From an uncultured Alphaproteobacteria bacterium (GTDB taxonomy: Bacteria; Pseudomonadota; Alphaproteobacteria; HIMB59; GCA-002718135), in assembly GCA_902518985.1 (NCBI GenBank), contig CABYIF010000001.1, positions 8,814 to 72,813 on the forward strand: a stretch of DNA of 64,000 nucleotides, read 5' to 3'. This document shows, in pieces, positions 60,545-64,000 of this stretch; position 1 is the first letter of the stretch, and every line of letters begins with the position of its first letter. Both the position numbers and the translations under genes were made by a program. A model generated the notes under the pieces. The model worked only from the letters and a program-made list of their open reading frames with translations, did not search any database and was not told the DNA's origin.

Positions 60545-60570
60545 TTCGAATCCCTTCGCCCGCTCCAAAA
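60545..60570 (+). repeat. att-like direct repeat 2: exact 26-nt copy of tRNA-Gly 3' end (T-loop to CCA plus AAA)
   Basis: ttcgaatcccttcgcccgctccaaaa is identical to 58484-58509. The upstream tgaagt (60538-60543) may be residual similarity to the variable-loop region, with a short deletion. Confidence 0.9.
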
Positions 60571-60666
60571 TTCTAGATACATTAGTTTTAATCAGCTTTA
60601 TATCGGCACTTATATAATTAAATTCTTGATGAATTAAAAAAATTAATAGAGTTTAAAGATATTATT

Positions 60667-61428
60667 ATGAAATTTATCTTTACTTTACTCTTCTTAGTTT
60701 TTTGTTCTTTCACAAACTCCTATGCTAAACCACCTTACGATGGAACTATTTGGTACTTTCCAGATATAATTAATTCTAATGACCCAACAACATTTAAGGA
60801 GTTAATTTATATTGGTAAAGATTATCGCGAAATGTTTGATCGAAGAAAAGGTGGCAGATGGTTAAATAAAGAAGCATTTTTATTTAATGCAGTATACGAG
60901 GAAAGAACAATTGAAATACAAGTAAATCCTGAATTTAAAAATGTTGATAATGCACTTAAGGAAGCGTTTTACTATTCTGAAGTGATTGGAAGATTGCCAA
61001 ATTTCTTACTAACTAATGTAAAAACTGTCTGGATCCATAAAGGAAAAAAAAACTATGGTGGCGGTAATGAAAATTTATTGATTCATACTGGTAGAAGTAA
61101 GGAATATATTTCTAAAGGTATCCTAGAAGAAGTTTTTATCCATGAAGCAGGCCATACCTCTTTAGATTGGGATTTCGGAGGATTACTAAGTAAAACACTA
61201 TGGCAAAAAGCAAAAAGAAAAGACAAAGAACATATTTCTGATTATGCCAAAAAATTTCCTCGTAGAGAAGATGTGGCTGAGAGTATTTTGACATGGATAG
61301 CTGTGCGTTATCGTTCAGACAGAATATCAGAAGAAAATAATGAAATAGTTCTAAATACAATACCTAATCGCTTGAAGTTCTTTGATGAACAAAATTTTGA
61401 TATGTACCCTTTAGTTCCTCGAGAGTAG
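60667..61428 (+). CDS. secreted HExxH zinc-metallopeptidase-like protein (family unknown)
   Basis: 253 aa with signal peptide MKFIFTLLFLVFCSFTNSYA. Contains an HEAGH motif (VFIHEAGHTSL) with downstream acidic residues (REDVAES). It is the only gene in cassette B. Confidence 0.5.
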   Translation: MKFIFTLLFLVFCSFTNSYAKPPYDGTIWYFPDIINSNDPTTFKELIYIGKDYREMFDRRKGGRWLNKEAFLFNAVYEERTIEIQVNPEFKNVDNALKEAFYYSEVIGRLPNFLLTNVKTVWIHKGKKNYGGGNENLLIHTGRSKEYISKGILEEVFIHEAGHTSLDWDFGGLLSKTLWQKAKRKDKEHISDYAKKFPRREDVAESILTWIAVRYRSDRISEENNEIVLNTIPNRLKFFDEQNFDMYPLVPRE

Positions 61429-61551
61429 TATAGGGTTTTTTTACTTTTCATTGGCACTGTATCGGCACTTCAGATAAAATTATAAAATTGATGGAATAAA
61501 ATGTTTTAGATTACTAAGGATTGTGGTGATCAAGTTCATACCCAGCAACAC

Positions 61552-61598
61552 TGCCAAGGTTGAAGTCGAGGGTTCGAATCCCTTCGCCCACTTCAACA
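61552..61598 (+). repeat. att-like direct repeat 3: 38-nt exact copy of tRNA-Gly from anticodon loop to acceptor stem, then 6/9 matches
   Basis: tgccaaggttgaagtcgagggttcgaatcccttcgccc (61552-61589) is identical to 58463-58500. The tail acttcaaca aligns with gctccaaaa. Confidence 0.9.
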
Positions 61599-61683
61599 AG
61601 GCTTTATAATTATATTTAAATAAATTTATAAAAACGTTATGTATTATAATTAATCATTTTATGTTAAGTTAATTATAAAAAAA

Positions 61684-62265
61684 ATGATCATCTTTAATCC
61701 ATTAAAAGAAATAATTATATGGTTTGAGTATATTATCAATTTTTTACCAGGAAAAATTGGTAAACTTATTAGAATCTTTTGGTTTTCAATAAGAACAAGA
61801 AAAATTTTTGGAGTTAGTGTTGATACAGGCTGCAGATTTATTATGTTAAGCAACATAGAATTTGGAAAAGGAGTGGGCATATCAAGAAACTGTAGTTTTT
61901 TAGCAGATGGAGGAAAAATAATTATTGGAGATAAAACAGCTTTTAACGAAAATTGTCATATTAATGCTTCAAATGGTGGAACAATTAAAATTGGAAAGAA
62001 ATGCCCAATTGGTCCAAATGTAGTAATGAGAACTTCTAATCATAATTTTAATAACAAAAATATATATATTCAAGATCAAGGTCATACATCTGGGAATATT
62101 ACTATTGAAGATAACTGCTGGATAGCTGCCAATGTTACAATACTTAATAATGTTAAAATAGGTAAGGGAAGTGTTATTGGTGCTGGAGCAGTAGTAACAA
62201 ACAATATTCCTGAAAATAGTATTGCTGTGGGGATCCCAGCAAAAGCAATAAAAAAGATACCATAG
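61684..62265 (+). CDS. left-handed beta-helix (hexapeptide-repeat) O-acetyltransferase, WbbJ/WcaF-like
   Basis: 193 aa. Hexapeptide repeats (IGDKTAFNENCHINASNGGTIKIGKKCPIGPNV...IEDNCWIAANVTILNNVKIGKGSVIGAGAVV) and C-terminal VGIPAK. Confidence 0.8.
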   Translation: MIIFNPLKEIIIWFEYIINFLPGKIGKLIRIFWFSIRTRKIFGVSVDTGCRFIMLSNIEFGKGVGISRNCSFLADGGKIIIGDKTAFNENCHINASNGGTIKIGKKCPIGPNVVMRTSNHNFNNKNIYIQDQGHTSGNITIEDNCWIAANVTILNNVKIGKGSVIGAGAVVTNNIPENSIAVGIPAKAIKKIP

Positions 62266-62435
62266 AAATGTACCCTTAATCTAATAACAACTAATTCTAA
62301 AATTCTAAACAAATTAGAAAAATTCTACAGCCCCAAATTTACATTTATAATTAAAATTAAATGTTATTAAGTAAGCAATATTTAAATATTCTTAATTAGT
62401 ATTGCAAATTTATTAATAAACCATAAAATAAAATC

Positions 62436-62528
62436 ATGAAGAATATTTTACTTTATATTTTGGTTTTACTTACACCTCTTTTTTTAACAAGTTGTAATTT
62501 AGGTGCTGCTTGGAATGTTGGCTGGTAA
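62436..62528 (+). CDS. candidate 30-aa mini-lipoprotein (not in the ORF track)
   Basis: Own translation: MKNILLYILVLLTPLFLTSCNLGAAWNVGW*. It has a signal peptide and lipobox L-T-S-C. The predicted mature lipopeptide is 11 aa and Trp-rich. Confidence 0.35.
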   Translation: MKNILLYILVLLTPLFLTSCNLGAAWNVGW

Positions 62529-62566
62529 TCATTAGTAATTAATTTTTTGACTAAATCATTTTAATA

Positions 62567-63337
62567 ATGAAAGAGCTGCCAATTGCTATATATACAGATC
62601 ACTCAATAAGTAAAACACTGTGCTATAGTTTTGCTTTAGGCTCAAAATCACTGATGTGTCATGTAAATAATTTTAAAGAATATAATAAAACTATTATTAC
62701 TTACGGGGTGTTAAGAGGGACCGGCGAATTGCTAAAAAAAGTAAATAAATACTATTATATTGATCATGGATATTTTAATCAATCTAAACGAGTTTTTGAA
62801 AATAAAAAGACAAATGTTATCGATTTAGATGGCTATTTTAGAATTGTATTCAATAATTTAATTTTTAATAATAAAGGCAAACATTCTTCTGATAGATTAA
62901 ATAAACTTAATTTAAAATTTAAGAATAAAAAAAAATCAGGGCAATATATTATCTTATCTGAACCATCTGATGCTATGAAAAAATTTTATAATGTTAAAAA
63001 TTGGACAGAGGAAACAATAAAATTAATTAAAAATTTTTCAGATCGCAAAATTATTATTCATAATAAATTTTCTAAAGTATCATTAAATGATTTACTTTTA
63101 GATGCTTGGGCTTTTGTCAGTCTTCAATCAACAGCTGGTTTTAAGGCGATGATTTATGGAGTGCCTGCATATTTTACTGATAAGACATTAAGAGCTATAA
63201 GTAAAATTGAAGAAATAGAAAAACATGAAATTAATTATGAAATATTTAATAGCCTTGCATATTCACAATGGACTATAAATGAAATAAAAAGTGGAGAAGC
63301 TTGGGAATTTATATCAAAACAACAAAATACTAATTGA
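62567..63337 (+). CDS. hypothetical protein, possibly GT-B-like glycosyltransferase half
   Basis: 256-aa ORF. The C-terminal segment VSLQSTAGFKAMIYGVPAYF resembles the nucleotide-sugar-binding S..G.E....G.P pattern of GT-B enzymes. No firm family recognised. Confidence 0.3.
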   Translation: MKELPIAIYTDHSISKTLCYSFALGSKSLMCHVNNFKEYNKTIITYGVLRGTGELLKKVNKYYYIDHGYFNQSKRVFENKKTNVIDLDGYFRIVFNNLIFNNKGKHSSDRLNKLNLKFKNKKKSGQYIILSEPSDAMKKFYNVKNWTEETIKLIKNFSDRKIIIHNKFSKVSLNDLLLDAWAFVSLQSTAGFKAMIYGVPAYFTDKTLRAISKIEEIEKHEINYEIFNSLAYSQWTINEIKSGEAWEFISKQQNTN

Positions 63338-63347
63338 TCTAAAGATT

Positions 63348-63944
63348 TTACTTAACGTAAAAACTTATATTAAAGCTTATTACTATTCTTTCTTCTTTTG
63401 ATAAATTTGGATTAACGGAATGATCTAAATAACTTGGAAAAAGTATTAATCCTCCTTCTACTGGACTTATAGAATTAACCATTGCGTTAAGAGCATTTGG
63501 AGTTTTTGCCAATGGATGCGAGTACACTGGAGCTGGCCTTGGATCATAAAAAACAATATCTCCTGAGTTTATTGGAGCTCTAACATAGTAAGCCCCACTA
63601 ATAGAGCTATTTCCATGATGATGTCTTGAGTTTTCAGCACCACCTTTATTAACAATAGCCCACATTTCGGTAATTTTGATACTTTGTTTATTATTGTCCC
63701 AATTCATGTCATTAATGACTTTTTCAATATTTGGTAATATTAACTTAATAAAATTTTGTGGCTCAGCCGTTTTTAAGTCAAATTCTTTTGAATGCCATCC
63801 TCTGACATTACTCCTAGTTAAGCCATCACTATCTTCATTTTGAAGTTTTTTTATATAATTGAATATCTGCTCATTGGTTTCTTTATAATTTTCTATTTTT
63901 GAAACCCACACAGGAGTTGAGAAAAAGAGCGTTGGATTTGACAT
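63348..63944 (-). CDS. TIGR02466-like putative 2OG-Fe(II) oxygenase
   Basis: 198 aa. Motifs TPVW, GWHS, NSRHHHGNSSISGAYYV, FYDPRP and LILFPSYLDHSVNPN...RIVISFN match my recollection of this family, which is common in marine bacteria and cyanophages. Confidence 0.65.
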   Translation of the reverse strand: MSNPTLFFSTPVWVSKIENYKETNEQIFNYIKKLQNEDSDGLTRSNVRGWHSKEFDLKTAEPQNFIKLILPNIEKVINDMNWDNNKQSIKITEMWAIVNKGGAENSRHHHGNSSISGAYYVRAPINSGDIVFYDPRPAPVYSHPLAKTPNALNAMVNSISPVEGGLILFPSYLDHSVNPNLSKEERIVISFNISFYVK

Positions 63945-64000
63945 GAAATATTATTTTAATTTTATAATATAATTAATTGCTATTATAATTTAATTATACT

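Larger units (their letters stand above)
58507..61598 (+). mobile_element. composite tRNA-Gly-anchored island: two integrase-less cassettes (A 58510-60544, B 60571-61551), each ending in a direct copy of the tRNA 3' half
   Basis: Exact repeats of tRNA segments occur at 60545-60570 and 61552-61589 in the same orientation as the tRNA gene. No recombinase ORF was detected. Confidence 0.65.

Noticed and set aside
58507-64000. An integrase, transposase, excisionase or phage structural gene associated with the tRNA-Gly island.
   Set aside because: No ORF of suitable size or with R..H..R..Y or DDE-like signatures is present. The remaining track ORFs here (59331-59540, 61136-61360, 61659-61880, 62082-62312) are antisense shadows of better-supported genes.
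1-64000. CRISPR arrays, rRNA genes, IS elements and large-scale tandem repeats.
   Set aside because: None seen. The only multi-copy sequences I could find are the tRNA-Gly-derived repeats and the short cassette-end 9-mers.

Overview
This window is strongly AT-rich and extremely gene-dense, with many 1-35 nt gene overlaps and mostly tiny spacers. The gene content and style match a streamlined marine alphaproteobacterium of the SAR11/Pelagibacterales type. That taxon call rests on composition, synteny and the retinal genes, not on a database search.

Positions 1-58.4 kb look like ordinary core chromosome. The content, in order:
- a pseudoazurin fragment
- a BMP-family nucleoside-type ABC importer plus upp
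- pyruvate carboxylase and dapB
- a contiguous hrcA-grpE-dnaK-dnaJ heat-shock block
- rph/rdgB
- lpoA-like/rsmI/BON, which is yraM-yraL-yraP-type synteny
- hisBH-(GNAT)-AFE plus a HIT gene
- hslVU
- a PAP2-PAP2 / ArnT-like / DUF3108-like envelope module
- Smr, a GH24 lysozyme, Tim44-like, dnaQ-coaE-aroE-maf
- the origin-proximal block rho-mnmE-mnmG-rsmG-parA-parB, with two parS-like palindromes
- holA-lptE-leuS
- a porin with a strong SD and an intrinsic terminator
- yggS and ftsK-lolA
- a ubiH-family monooxygenase
- LON-domain/thioredoxin-TPR/YbaK-like genes
- the retinal pathway crtI-crtB-crtY-blh

The accessory part starts at tRNA-Gly(GCC), 58432-58506. Two short cargo cassettes follow. Each ends in a direct copy of the tRNA 3' half, and each carries its own phased 9-mer motifs inside both ends:
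- Cassette A is a translationally coupled HhaI-like type II R-M pair.
- Cassette B is a single secreted HExxH protein.

No recombinase is present anywhere in the window. Distal to the last att-like copy lie surface-modification or phage-AMG-like genes. These are an LbH acetyltransferase, a 30-aa mini-lipoprotein ORF, a GT-like hypothetical and a TIGR02466-like 2OG-Fe(II) oxygenase.

I regard this tRNA-anchored, integrase-less cassette array as the most interesting structure in the window. All functional calls come from motifs, synteny and remembered family sequences. No search could be run.
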